A DNA stretch of 64,000 nt from Lama glama (GCA_028534125.1 CM052816.1:78928001-78992000), one strand, 5' to 3'; positions 39,020 through 52,164 are shown, counted from the first letter of the stretch. Translations and numbers: made by a program. Notes: generated by a model from the letters alone, not told the origin.

Positions 39020-39115
39020 TCCCCTGAAGCACATGGCTGCACAAGATCAGAGTGCTGCCAGCAAAGAGGAAGGAGGGAATGGTTGTTGCGCAGGCACTCA
39101 ACAATGTCCACTTCA
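39020..39115 (-). mobile_element. MLT1J/K-like LTR fragment
   Basis: cagcaaagaggaaggagggaatggttgttg...caacaatgtccac. Confidence 0.45.
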
Positions 39116-39509
39116 GGGTGAATAAGAATACAAAGGGACTATCAGATTAGCATTTGCAGTTAGTACAAAAGAGGCATCTGGGTTCTAACGAACATGGAGC
39201 ATTGCATATTTTCCCTCTTCTTTATAGCACCATGCAGGTCATCACAGGTCACATATGCTTTGCAGAGAACTTTTAAAATTGGTTTTTGTTTTCTTTTACC
39301 GTATCTTTATCTAAAATCTTTAAAACAGGGCTTTATAAATACTAGAGCTTTTAAATTTCTATTCATCATCTGTGATGTAGGAGATTTAAATTTGCTTTCA
39401 TTCATTCAATATCTGAATACTTGCAGGAGGCAAAGAATTTGTTTTCTGGTGAAGGTACTCACTGTGTAAAATCATAAATAAAAGTGTTCCTTTTGGAACA
39501 AAAAAATAG

Positions 39510-39667
39510 AAGCCACCAGGGTTCCTGGAGGACCTCAGATAGAGCCACCTACCCAATCTGGATTACCTGCTCATCTCTGGACCCTTCTGTGAGAAAGAAA
39601 GAAATTTCCATCTTTTTTAAGAGACTGTATTTTAGAGTCTATCTGTTACAACAGCCTGTCCTAACTA
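39510..39667 (+). mobile_element. MLT1-family LTR 3' fragment
   Basis: ctctggacccttctgtgagaaagaaagaaatttcc...tttaag...tctgttacaacagcc. Confidence 0.55.
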
Positions 39668-39947
39668 GCGGACTTGTTGCTTTTCTGGAAGTGGGGGCCA
39701 CATCTTCCAATTTTGTCACAAGAAACTACAATTTAGAATTTTATATAAAATATACAGGTCTTTTAAAAGAAAGGTTGATTGCTAATTTAATATTATTTGA
39801 AATTCTGTTCAAGCCAAAACCACATGTCAGTGGATTTCCACTACCATTTTGGTGTTGGATCTTGTCTCTGAGATTTCTTGGTTGTATGATTAAGTGCTTC
39901 TATGTTTGTGCCTTATGTTTTTCCTCACCATAGGCATAGCAATATTT

Positions 39948-40028
39948 GCAGAGAGAGGATCTCTGGCCAGCAATTAGAAGGAGGGGAGGCAGAGCAAGGA
40001 TCTCTGGCCAGCATTTAGAAGGAGGGGT
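39948..40028. repeat. 41-bp tandem duplication (2 copies)
   Basis: gcagag..aggatctctggccagca.ttagaaggagggg repeated with period 41. Confidence 0.95.
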
Positions 40029-41640
40029 GAAAGGTGGGCTGGGGACTCTGTCACTTAATTCGTATTTTTTAGAGACTAATTAATTAGGTGAAAGTACTAC
40101 AGAGCATCCTGCTCCTCAAATTAAGGATGTAGTAGATCATGCCAGACAGAAAGACATCCTACAGATAGAGGACTGCTGAGTGGTTTAGATGAGTTATCAT
40201 GTGTAAGGCCTTAGAACAGTACTGGCAAACGGTAAACCACACACAAGGCTGGTTACCAGTTATGCAGCTTGCCTGCGGCCACAGCTAGTAAGTGGAGGAG
40301 TAGATGGAATTCCTACACTAACTTTGTGTTTTAGCTGGTTCACACATTTCTGTCTGTCTTTCTGCTCTGCATCTTTGAGATTTCCTTGACTTTTACCTTC
40401 TATATGACTAATTCTATCTTTAATCATGTTTATTACTCAGGTAAGTTTTTTCGTCATTTTAAAAAATTTTGTCAATAATATTTTTAATTTCTAAGAATAT
40501 TTCTGCTGACATAATGGGTCATCTTTTTCATGGCAACCTGTTCTTATAGTATAGATTCTATCCTTTCTCTCTCTGAGAACATTAAAATTACTAATTTTTT
40601 TAAAGTTCTCTTTGGTTTTCTGCATTATTTCTATTTTTTTAATTGAGTTATCTGTTCTGATTGCTTAATCCTGGTCCTTTTTCTTTCTTCTATTCTCAAA
40701 TATCTGATGATGTTGTATTGGCCATTCATATTTATGAGCAAAAATTTAGGTCATTTGTTTGGGGAGTTAGCATGACTTTCCTCTGCAGTGGTGTGGGTCT
40801 TTTTCCCTAGCAGGCTTCTCCTGAAGATTGACTACATACTTTGTGACAGTATGCTGGTTGTGTTGACAGAATCACTTCTGGGTTCATGGATATAGAGCAG
40901 ACATGCAGTCTGAAGACATCCTCCAATTATTGCAAAGGCGGAGCTGACTTTAGCTGTGGAATCCTTTAGTGTATTTCTTTCCTGAGCACATCTACTTTCC
41001 TCTCTAGTCTCTTCTCCATGTCTCTTCCCATCCAGGAGGTAAGAGGGGGTGGTCCTAAGACACTTCTGGATCTGCTTGTCTTTCTGGTCCCTGTTTAAAA
41101 GACTTTTCCAAGCAGATAACTTACATTCTTAAAGGACAACTGTCAGCATTTATACTGTGGTTAAATGCTACTGTTTCATGTGCAGTTTTTTCATTAGTAT
41201 GTGATGACTGCTCATGGTACCCATATTTATTGACCCAAGCTGCTTCTCTTACCATGGTTTATTTCACTTTTACTGTTAAGATTCCATCTCTTTTTAATCT
41301 TCTTGTAAGTCCTATTTGTCCACTGATGGCAGATACATAAAGATAACTTTGTAATGTACATCATCTTTTTTATCTCTTTGTATAACTTTTCAATCATTTG
41401 AATAGATTTGGAAGTGTGTGCTCACCCTGCATTTTGATTAATCATTTCTATAAGTAATTTAAAAACATCTGTTCTCTATTGTCTTCTTAAAGTTTCTATT
41501 TAGGATATTTACTGAATATTGTGGGCAGACCTCTGAAGTCATGTATGTGGGAATACAAAGAGCTCATGGATATTTCTTCCTCAGTGCCTCACTGAGCTGA
41601 ATTTGGATGAAAACTCTCCTCCATCTTTGAAAATTCAACC

Positions 41641-41999
41641 TGTTATGGACTGAATATTCATGTTCCTCTCAAATTCATTATGTCATAATTCCCCCAATGT
41701 GATGGTAATAGGAGGAAGGGCCTGGGGGGAGGCAATTAGATCAATAGGAGGGGGCCCTTATGAATGGGATCAGTGCCCTTATAAAAGAGGCCCCAGAGAG
41801 ACCTCTCATCCTCTTCCCGCCATGTGAGCACACAGGGAGAAATCATCAGTCTGCAACCCAGAAGGGACCCTCACCAGAACCCAACCATGCTGTCATTCTG
41901 ATCTTGGATGTCTAGCCTCCAGCACTGTGAGAAATAGACTTCTGTTGTGTATAAGCCACCAATCTATGGTCCTTGGTTATAGCAGCCCAAACTAAGACA
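41641..41999 (+). mobile_element. MLT1A-like solo LTR
   Basis: tgttatggactgaat...atgaatgggatcagtgcccttataaaagaggcccc...atagcagcccaaactaagaca. Confidence 0.88.
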
Positions 42000-42469
42000 C
42001 CATCTAACTGTATTTTTAGAAATAGAAGTGAGAATATAAGAAAAATGGTATAGAAAGGAACATCTGAATAGCTGAGAAGTAATGAATAAAATGACTGTTT
42101 GGTTCTCTTTACATGAGTGTGCCATCTTCACACAAGGTCCAGCCTTCTTCCTCTGCCACAGAGGTCTCTGAACCTGATGATCGTGGCCCCCTGCCAACAG
42201 CAGATATTTGAGAATGTACCCCAGTGTGCTTTTGTTTGTTTGTTTATAAATTGTATTTCTGTGCTGCCACATGAATATATTATGAATGTTAACATTTCTT
42301 ATCTTTGTATATATTTTATATTTTATATGGAGTAAAAAATTAAATGTGTAAAGAAATGTGAAGTTTCTCTCCATATTTTAATAAATTTAGCACGTTGCCT
42401 ATTTTATTCTTTTTTCATTGCCTATTTCTTGTACCCTTTCAATTAGATTCATGAGTAATTACATTCAAA

Positions 42470-42640
42470 AAATTTTTATAGTGGAAATGTAAAAAAAAAA
42501 AAAGTAGAAATGAAAATATAATAAATTCCATGTACCCATCACTCAGTTTTAATAATTATCAATTTATGGCCAATCTTATTTCTCCTATAACCCCATCTTT
42601 CTCACTTAAATTATTTTAAAGCAAATTCCAGATACAGAAT
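42470..42640 (-). mobile_element. Old L1 (L1MC4/5-like) 3' end
   Basis: ccatgtacccatcactcagttttaataattatcaatttatggccaatctt...ttttaaagcaaattccaga. Confidence 0.6.
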
Positions 42641-43340
42641 AAGTTAATTAATTAATTAAATTATATTATACTTCACCTAACATAAAATAAATAAATGAAA
42701 GAAGAAATAGAGAAAAAAAGAGAGAATATAAATGAAGGAAGGAAGGAAAGAAGGATGGAAGAAAGAGAGAGGGAATATAGTTTGGTTATTATTTTATTCC
42801 TGTAAATGTAAATTCAAGTGAAGTAACAAACGTTTGATCTGGTGCAAACTAATCTGCTTTATTTTGGAAATGATCCCAGTTACTGAGTATTTACCTTCAA
42901 AGAGTTCAGTTCTGCTGCAAATCCATTGACCCTGATGTCTGTGTACTTCAAATACTTTTAGATGGAATTCAGACTCTGTAGGAGCATTTGATCTTACCCA
43001 GATGGTGGACATTATGGAACCAGAACCACTGTAGTCTGGGTTTAAAACAAACAAAATAAAACTCTGTATTTTTCTGACCTTTGGTTTTATTTTGTTGTGT
43101 TTTCACTTTGGCTAAAAGCTTCAATAAAGACAGAAAAATGTAAAGCTACAGAGATTAAATATCAGCACACAGCAGTGATCAAATTTCACTTACAATCACG
43201 TAATTTTTCTATAGTCTCAGATACAGATAATCACTTTCTAAGCTCCTAAATACAAGAGCTCATTTTTGTGGGTGCTGGATGAAAAGACGTGGGTTTATTC
43301 TGAGGCCAAGACTGTTTTACTAACTGATCTTGGACTCTGC

Positions 43341-43359
43341 TGACCTCCAGAGGGAGCCC
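43341..43359 (+). promoter_or_regulatory. Candidate CTCF site
   Basis: TGACCTCCAGAGGGAGCCC vs consensus TGGCCACCAGGGGGCGCTA, in non-repeat sequence; motif match only. Confidence 0.35.
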
Positions 43360-46300
43360 TATGGCAGCCAAACCTAAGGCTCACCCGTGAAAGGGCCAAA
43401 ATTCGGTTGAACTGCCAAGGCAATTGTTTATGGAATGTGGCCACATTTCTGATAACCAAGACTCCAGTGATGGCATTGAATGGTAGCAACTTCAGTATAG
43501 TGAGCATCTCTGATAAGGTGCTGTGCCAGTGTAGCCTCCTGAATCTATGGACAGGAGCAAGTATCCAAGTAAAACATCTCTGATACAACCATTTGCATCT
43601 CTTATGTTTCTACAAATAGCAATCATGAGAGTCCAGCCCCCACGGGAAACTCTTTGAACTAGAAACATACAGCAACTTAGAGTAACACAACTCTGAACAG
43701 CTTCAAAAGCCTGCCTGGATGGTGCTTTCTGACATACGTGTCGCATAAGCCACGGTGAAATCCTGAAACTCAGCATTCTCACTTACAGGATCTTTGGTGG
43801 AAGGAAGAGCGATTTGGAAAAAAAAAAAAAAATCTACCGTTGGCTGACGTAAAGGAGCAAGGGATCTGTTATTTAAAATCAACAGAAAATCTAAAGTCTT
43901 AACACTACCTCACCAGCCTTGGATTGCAAAGACCACTTAATTCCTGCAGTGCTTTGGGCTCAGCCCAGGGCCTCGTTCTTGCCGTGTTTGCATTCTGTTA
44001 AGGGTCTTTCATCTTAGGCTCTGAGAATGAGGGTGACACATGCAATACTACTGCTTTGTATTTATATAATACTTGTCATTCAACAGTCTAAGGACCTTCC
44101 AAGAGTACATACACTTGTTGACCAGATATCATACATACTTTTGAAACAAGGCAGGTAACTCACGTGTGAGCTAATGTACGATGCATATGTAATGTAGGAT
44201 GCTTTTTAAACACGGTTCTATTGAAAAAAGAAAATCCTCCTATAAACTTAGGGCATTTAGATGATAAAATTGATATTTTATGATTAGAATTCAGAGTTTT
44301 CTAATCATAAAATATAAATATTTATATTTATATATAAAATATAAATTTCTCATTATAAAACATTAAAAAAATCTATTTTCTCTCAAGGGCTGGCTTATAG
44401 TTTTCTGGGGTATGGGACTGATCTATGTAACAATAGGCTTAGTGAGGACCACAACTTGATAGAATATTGGCAGCTTTATGTCATCCAGGAAGAAAATACC
44501 TCAGCCTCCTACCACGACCATTGTGAAGCAGGAGATAAATACCAGCTATTTAGACAGAAACCACGGTTCTCTGTAACAGGAATCTCTCTCAAAGCAGCTA
44601 AACACTTCTGTGACCTGTTAAATTCTGAGGGACCTAAAACTGCAATGGATTATGGTAAGAGCACTTTAGTAAAAGTCGTAAGAATGATGAAAGAGCAGTC
44701 TTACATTTCGTAAGAGTTTTCACAGCTCAGAGTAGGCTTTCGGAACTGTTCACTGCCTCAGAGTAGAGGACGCCTATCCGGATCTGGCTAGGTGGTAACC
44801 TTCCAGTTAGGGTGTCAAGTTTAAGCACCGATTTCCAAATGTGCACAGGAAGCTGCAGGATCCAGACTTTGAGGCTAAACAGCTCTGCCTTTCTCCTTTG
44901 TCCTTGCCCACCACCTCACTTCTGAGTCTATAAAGAGCCGTGGATCATGAAGGACAGGATCCACCAGCATCCAGCATTCATTACAACGTCAGAGGTAGCA
45001 GGCTTCCCAGTGCAATGAAAGGTCTTTGGGGTTTGTTTTTAAACATTAATGAAATATGCTATTGTTTCAATGAAATACAAATTATTTTCAATATTTCAGT
45101 GAAATATGCTATTTCAGCACAAGAAAACACCGGAAATAGCTTTGTCTTATGACTTAGAAGTAGCAATAAAGAATCTAAGGGGAAACAGAGATAGATCTCT
45201 GGAAAGATAATGTTTTGTGTGTTTATTGTTCTTTCAGAACTCCAAATAGTTGCCTTGGCAGGCAGGCTGCTCTAAAACTGCCCCCTTCTGAAGACTCAGA
45301 GGTGTTTACAGAAATTGAAAGTTCCAGCAGTACATTTCCATGAGCTCATTACCAGTTCCTTTAGATTTTGCACGTACAAGTGAATATCCATGTCAAATAA
45401 ACCCCTGCTTCGAGCTTTTGTTTTAATTATAAACAAAGCAGCAGAAGTCAGATATGTGATTACTGCAACGTCAGGGTATCTTTTTAGAATCTCTGCTTTG
45501 GTCACGATTATTCAAAGTAACTCCAATGTCATTTCTTGCCTGCTTCTTTATGCTAATCAGCCTAGCCCACTCGGCTCCTCCCCCTTCCAGCCTCCCTTAA
45601 GAACTGTTCACTTTCAGCTGTCACAGAGGCTAACTCAGACCAGGCTTAGAAATCACTTGATTTAACTCAGGAGCACTTTTTTCCTTTGTGTATGTGTTAC
45701 TCTAGCAATCATCTCTATAAATACTCAGGGCATGAGATTTCATGCCAGCAGAAGGAGTCAACAACTGCAAAACTGTCATCTGTTAGACATAGTTATTTTG
45801 CAGGATTTTATACTATAAGTGGGGACAGTTTCAATGTGTTTTGAAATGAAAGAAGAATTAAGTTGTGCTTTTCTCCAAATGAATTGTCATCTTCATATGT
45901 AGGAGAAGTTACAAGTTGGTAAATAACTTGAATTTCAAGAGTCATGACTAGTAAACACTTGGAAGTTTATTAGAGAAGTGAATGTTTTTACATGCAAGGA
46001 CGAGATCTGCTTGTACCTAGATGCTTCTGGGTGTCGTATGAAGACCATTTTAGGTGATTGGCCGAGGGAAGGAAATACTCTAGGGATACTGAAGCCACAG
46101 TCGTACTGCCAGTACCATGTCTGCTATACAAAGAAAAGGCAGCAGCCACCTGTTCAACAGTTTGCACACCTGTAGACTGAAGCTTCCGGAGGATCAGCAA
46201 CATCAAGGTGAGTCAGTCAGGCTAATGGCTTGTGTGTTCTGTGACCTGTCTATTTGCATTCCTGGAAGGAAGGTGGGCTGGGGAGTACCTGGAGAATCTC

Positions 46301-47529
46301 TGTTGTGAAATGCTTTGCAATCTTCCATTTTTAAATTCTGAGAATAGACATAATAGTGATTCGTAAGGGTGAGTTAACTTGGATTCACTATTGATTTTTA
46401 AAGGACTATGGAAGACTATCAAGAATACATATTCCTTGGAGTTGTCACCCTGAAATTTATATGCTTACACTTCTAGCCACTGGCGCTTTTCTAGAGTTTT
46501 CTGGATTTTGTGTAATTCAAAACACCCATCTGGGCAAGGCTGAATCAGCTACAGGGGGAATTTGCTGAGAGTGGCTTTAAGTTAGTCTGGAACTTTCTCC
46601 CTTGTCCTACCACTAATGGTACCCTTTTGGATTTAAAGTTTAAGCCTAATTTTGTCTGGACCTTTGGCTTATTCATTTGTGGGCAAAATATATATATTCT
46701 TGGCTCTTTATCTTTTATGGTTCTGGAACAGCTAGAGAAAGACAGGGAAAAGTGTCACATTTCACATGATGGGCACTCATTCAGAATAAACTCTCTACCT
46801 TGCAGCCATTTTCACCATCAATCTTTTAAAAATTTCAAATCCACTACTCAGCCAGCTGCATCAATTAGGGGAAGATGGTTTACACGAACAGACAAGATGG
46901 TCCCTCCAATCCAGTCTGTCAGGGACACTAAAGGACACTTGTAGCCAAGGCTGGTTGCCGTCATGGGTGACATCACCCCCCGAGTTAAGGATTTACCTCA
47001 GACATCTCTAACTTCCCCTCAGTGCCCTGTGATGCCTCTGCCTATGTGTGGATCTAGGCTATGAGCTCTTTGTTTATTTTTCCATAGACACAGTTTTAGA
47101 CTTCAGTGGCCATGGAGTGCTGGCTGAAGGGCTGGAGCCTCCCCTTTCCAAGGTGGCATTTGTGTGCTAACCTTTGTATGAATGTGTCAGGCCGCCTCCT
47201 TGCTTCAGTTCCTGGACTTTATGCTGTACAAGGCTTAGTATAGTGCGGGTAGAAAATACTTCATATTAAATGAAAACAGCAAAAAATTTTAAAACCCTTC
47301 TGTGCCATCAGGCCTCATATAAATTATTTTCAACTAACTGCTTTAGAATGCAGAGCCCTAGAATGTGCCAGGGTTTAATCATAGCTCTAGAAAATGTACT
47401 TGCTCCTCTATTAATAGTCAATCCTAATTCATCATAGGGTTTTTATTTGCTGCTTATTTTGTTTGAAATGTTTAAAGCTACCTTCCTGCCCCGACAATTG
47501 TCGTTGTAATATTTATTACAGAAAATTTG

Positions 47530-48110
47530 CTAGGGGGAGCATAAAGATGGTAGAAATCACCTATAAAAACCACCACCCAAAGATAGTTGTTATTAATAAT
47601 GTGATGTGTAGTCTTCTAGTCTTCTTTTCTATGCACATATACAGATTATTCTTTTGCTTGATTTTTAAATAAAAACAGACTTATTTTATACATAGAGTTT
47701 GCAAACTGTTTTCTAACTCAACAATAGATTATGAACAAATTCTCACGTCATTATATATTCTTCTACAGCCTTATTTTTAACGGTTGTATACTATTCCGTC
47801 ATAAGGTTGTAGCAAAATTCCTTTAGGCAATTCACTACTTCCAGACATTTCATTGATTTCTAATTTGTCGCTATTATAAACAACACTGTGTTTAACATAC
47901 ACTAATGAATCAATCATTGCAGAGATAAGATTATCTTCTTTGAATACATCCTTAGAGTTGGAACTGTAGGATCAAAGGATATGCATGTTTTTAGGATTTT
48001 GGGAGGGGGCAAATAGGGATATATTCTCTGTAATACTGGGTATTATTTAAAATTTTTCCCCCAATTTTATAAGTGGAAAATAGTGTCCCACTGTTGTTTT
48101 AATTTAAGGC
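47530..48110 (-). mobile_element. L1ME-type 3' fragment
   Basis: ttgtcgctattataaacaacactgtg...tagagttggaactgtaggatcaaagg. Confidence 0.6.
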
Positions 48111-49134
48111 AGGCTGTCTTGATGGCCTCTCCCTTACTGGCCATATCCAGAGCAGCCTGGAAATATCATTATGATGACATACTTCCCAAAATATCAACAA
48201 GACTAGAAGTCTGGTCTCCTTTCACAGACTGAGGCTTTTGCCTAGAATGTTTTGAAAGCAACCATACTCTTCCACAGCCGAGTCTCAAAATATCTGCCCA
48301 CATAAACCACAATCCATAAAGCTGGGAAGCATGCTAGTGCAATCCAGACTGGTCACTGACTGCTACAAGAAATGCCATCTAGAGATCTGAATTGACAGGT
48401 GACACTGGGTAATGTTTGTATTCCAGTTACTGTTCTGGAGTTTAAAAGTATTTATTCCTCCGAGCTATATTTGCATCTTGCTATTATGTGACAATCAGCA
48501 GAGGTCCAAGGAAGCAAAGGCACTAGTTTCAGAGAGTGAGGTCTGGTTGTGGATTTATTCACTGAGGTACCCTGAGCTTGTGGCTTTGGCCTACCTCCAG
48601 CCAGACTATGACTCCAGCATAGAGACCATGATTAATTGACACGTAACTCTTCTGAGCCATGACCAGATTCAACACATACGTACTTTCCAGCCCTCCATGC
48701 TAGAGTTAAGGTGCTTAATGTTAACTCAGAGGTATTTAACTCTTTCCACCGAGTCACTCACAAAATGTACTTTTTGGGTGACCACATAGATAAAAGTCAC
48801 TTATTCTTCAGAAATATTCTGGACAATGACTATGCAAAACACTGGGCCAGATGCTGGGTATGTACATTGAACTAAGCCAGCCAAACTGTGTGGCTTCCTG
48901 TCTGCACAGACTTTCTACTCTGTGGCCACAGATGCTATACTAGCCCAGATAAGAAGTCCAGAAAGCTGTCTTCCTATTTGTTGCTTCTTCTGTGATATTT
49001 CAAATCCATTTATCTATAACATTGATCTGAGATCACATTTTTAGACATTAATTTATATGTCTCTAAAAGCCTTAACACAAAGGTCGGTACACATCACATG
49101 TATTAGGCAGACTTAACCATCCTTATGTTTTATA

Positions 49135-49460
49135 ATGCTTTGAAGTTCACAAAGTAGTTTCACATCTACTACCTTATCTAATCCTCATAACAACCAAGTG
49201 AGGTGGTGGTCTCAAGGCTCCTTCAAGAAACTGAATGAACAGGATGTATACACATGTGAGTGTGCACACATACATACCTACATATGTACATATGCACATA
49301 TGTGTATATATACATATGTATATGTACACAGTCACATACGTAGACATCCCATTGGTTCTGTTTCTCTGGAGAACCTTGACTAAATACACTGCCTCACCTG
49401 GTGGTTATGAAAATTAAATAAGATAATGTCTGTGAAACTACTTTGTTAACCTCAAAGCAT
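49135..49460. repeat. Imperfect inverted duplication (fold-back) of a MIR/MLT2 junction
   Basis: 49135-~49280 aligns to the reverse complement of ~49315-49460; about 57/69 identical in the outer part. Confidence 0.85.
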
Positions 49461-49499
49461 GTACATATATATATATATATACACACTCTATATGTACGT

Positions 49500-49881
49500 G
49501 TGTGTGTAGATAGATAGACATAGATATGGATAGATAGAGATTATTTTAAGGGATTGACCCACACAATTACAGAGGCTGGCAAGTCTAAAGTCTGCTACAT
49601 GGGCCAGCAGTTAGGAGCCCCATGTGAAGATCCAACAGATGTTGCAGTTCAAGTCCAAAAACAGTCTGCTGGCAGAATTTCCTCTTCCTTTTGTTCTAGC
49701 CAGGTCTTTAACTGATTGGATGAGGCTCATCCATGTTATGGAGGGCAGTCTGCTTCACTCAAGGTCCACCAATTTAAATGTAAATCTCATTCAAAACAGC
49801 CTCATAGGAACATCCAGAATGTTTGACCAAATATCTGGCACCACGGTGCAGCCAAGTTGACACATAAAACTAACTATTAAA
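49500..49881 (-). mobile_element. MLT2B-like ERVL LTR (remainder), inserted in a MIR that resumes at ~49882-49975
   Basis: gagattattttaagggattg...ctgattggatgaggc...agccaagttgacacataaaactaac; MIR resumes cattttaaaagatatggaaactgag. Confidence 0.8.
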
Positions 49882-50099
49882 GGTAAGTATCATTATCCTC
49901 ATTTTAAAAGATATGGAAACTGAGAATCTTCAAGGTCAAGTGATTTTTTCCAAGGTTACACAGTTATTAAAAGATACATTTAGTGCACTTTCTGCTATAT
50001 ATAGCTGTCTCATAAAATCCGTGACTCCTAGTGTTACAACGTTTAAACATTTTTCATTGCTCCATATCAGAAAACCTCTGCAGACCCAAGATGCATTGG

Positions 50100-51142
50100 A
50101 TTTCTCCTGATTTTCTTTGTATGTTCTGACACTAACTTTCTGACAGCAACTGGGTGTCCTATAATTCAATTTAATTCTAACACTACCCAGAGTTAGCAAA
50201 GACCTCATAAGTTAAGGGCCCAGTCTCACAAGACTGCCCCACTTCAAATGCCAGCTACAAATTTCAAGTATTTCCAAGCCACCTATGTTTCTGCTTGAAC
50301 AACTACAAAGTCAAGACTTCTCACAGTCCCCTCAGGTTTGATAATTTGCTAGAACAACTCACAGAACTCAAGAAAACTATATTCACAGTTACCATTTAAT
50401 TATAAAGGATACAAATGAACAGCCAGATGAAGGGTTACATAGGGTAAGGTCTAGGAAAATCCTGAGTACAGGCGCTTCTGTCCCCACAGAGTCTGGGCAC
50501 ACCACTCTCCCAGAACATCATTAAGTTCACCAACCAAGAAGCTCCACTGAGCTTGGTGTCCAGAGTTTTATATGGAATCGCATCATGTAGGCATGATTGA
50601 CTAAATTATTGGCCATTATTAAGCTCTATCTCCATTTCCTCTCCCTTGGAGGTTGGGAATGGGGAGAGGGCTGGAAGTTCCAACACTCTAAACAGGTACT
50701 TGGTCTTTCTGATGTGACCAGCCCCTCCCTTGAAAGTATCAAAGGGCCCACCAAGAGTCACCTCATTAGCATAAAAAAAGACACTCAAATATCAGTCAGG
50801 AAATTCAAAGGGTTTTTGAAGCTCTGTGCAAGCAATGGGGGACAAAGATCAGGTATAGTCATCCCTGGTATTTGTGGGAGATTGGTTTTAGGACTGGATG
50901 CTCAAGTCCCTTACACAAAATGACACAGTATTTGCATATGACCTATGCACAACCTCCTGTACACTTTGTCATCTCTAGATGACTTATAATACCTAATCCA
51001 ATGTAGATGTTGTGTAAATAGTTATAAATACAATGTAAATGCTATGTAAATAGCTTTGCTTTTTGGAACTTTGTGGTTGGTTGCTTCTGGTGATAGGGAA
51101 CCCTCAGATACAGAGCGTCAACTTTATATTCTTTACATTTGA
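50100..51142 (-). mobile_element. MER21-like LTR, interrupted near its end by MER2
   Basis: caactgggtgtcctataattcaatttaattctaacact...tttgataatttgctagaacaactcacagaactc...gagtcacctcattagcata. Confidence 0.75.
50856..51124. mobile_element. MER2 (TcMar-Tigger) MITE
   Basis: ggatgctcaagtcccttac...gtatttgcatatgacctatgcaca...catctctagatgacttataatacctaat; TA flanks. Confidence 0.8.
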
Positions 51143-52164
51143 CACTTTGGCCACGATTTTCTGCATGTGTTCTGTTAATGTCAAGACAGTTTCCTATAAG
51201 TCAAAAACTTGCAAGTAAAGGAACACAGATTAATGCCCTCATTTATTTGTCTAATGCTTTCTTATTGAATACCTAAAAGATGATTTTCCCCAAGGTTGCT
51301 TTCTATCATGTGCTTTCTGAGGAATTCAGTAAGAAAAACCAAGCTAATGATATTTTTCCAACTTTCTGAATTAAAGAAAAAGTGATTTAATTCCATAGTG
51401 TTCTGATTTTGCTGCATTCATCATCATTCTTTGTATTTTAGCTACACTTCTCTTGAGGGTTTCAAAAGGCACTGTCTCACTTAGATCTTAGTAAATATAA
51501 GTATGAAAGCTAAGCCTTGTCTGTTTACCCTGTCATCAAATTTACTCTGAATCTAAACCATAAAACACAAATTACATTTAGTTTGCTGCAAATGCACTAT
51601 TTCCCTTAAATATATTCTGTGAACATTCAAGAGTGTACTTAGTTTAGAACACCTATAGAATTTAAGTGCTGGGGAGTGAAGATACAGCCATGAGGAAGGG
51701 AACCCAGTAGTATCACACAACTAAAATTGCCTTTTATATGAAAACGTAACATAAAAATACACGTTACGTTTCTCAAAACAGATTTGTATTGGCTTTCCTT
51801 TTTATGTGATTCTAAGAAGTGACAATTTGTGTACAACATGACATCTCTTGGGTGATACATGGTTAAAATGGACTGGAATTAAAGGAAGAAAACTACACAT
51901 ATTTCTGTTTTTCTTCCTCCAAAAGGAAGCCTCAAAGAGATAGTTGCATTCTATCTGCAAAGTGTTTAAAACCACAGATTGATAAAAACAAATATAGATC
52001 ATTTTCAAATTATTAGGAAGGGGAGAACTCATATTCTATTATTAGAATTTATCAATGTTCAGGCTTCCACCTACAACTGGAATCCTTTCCATAATAAGCC
52101 TCTCTAATAGTTGGCTTATGTGAGGATTGGGAAAATAAATGTAGTGACTTAAACTTCAATTTCC

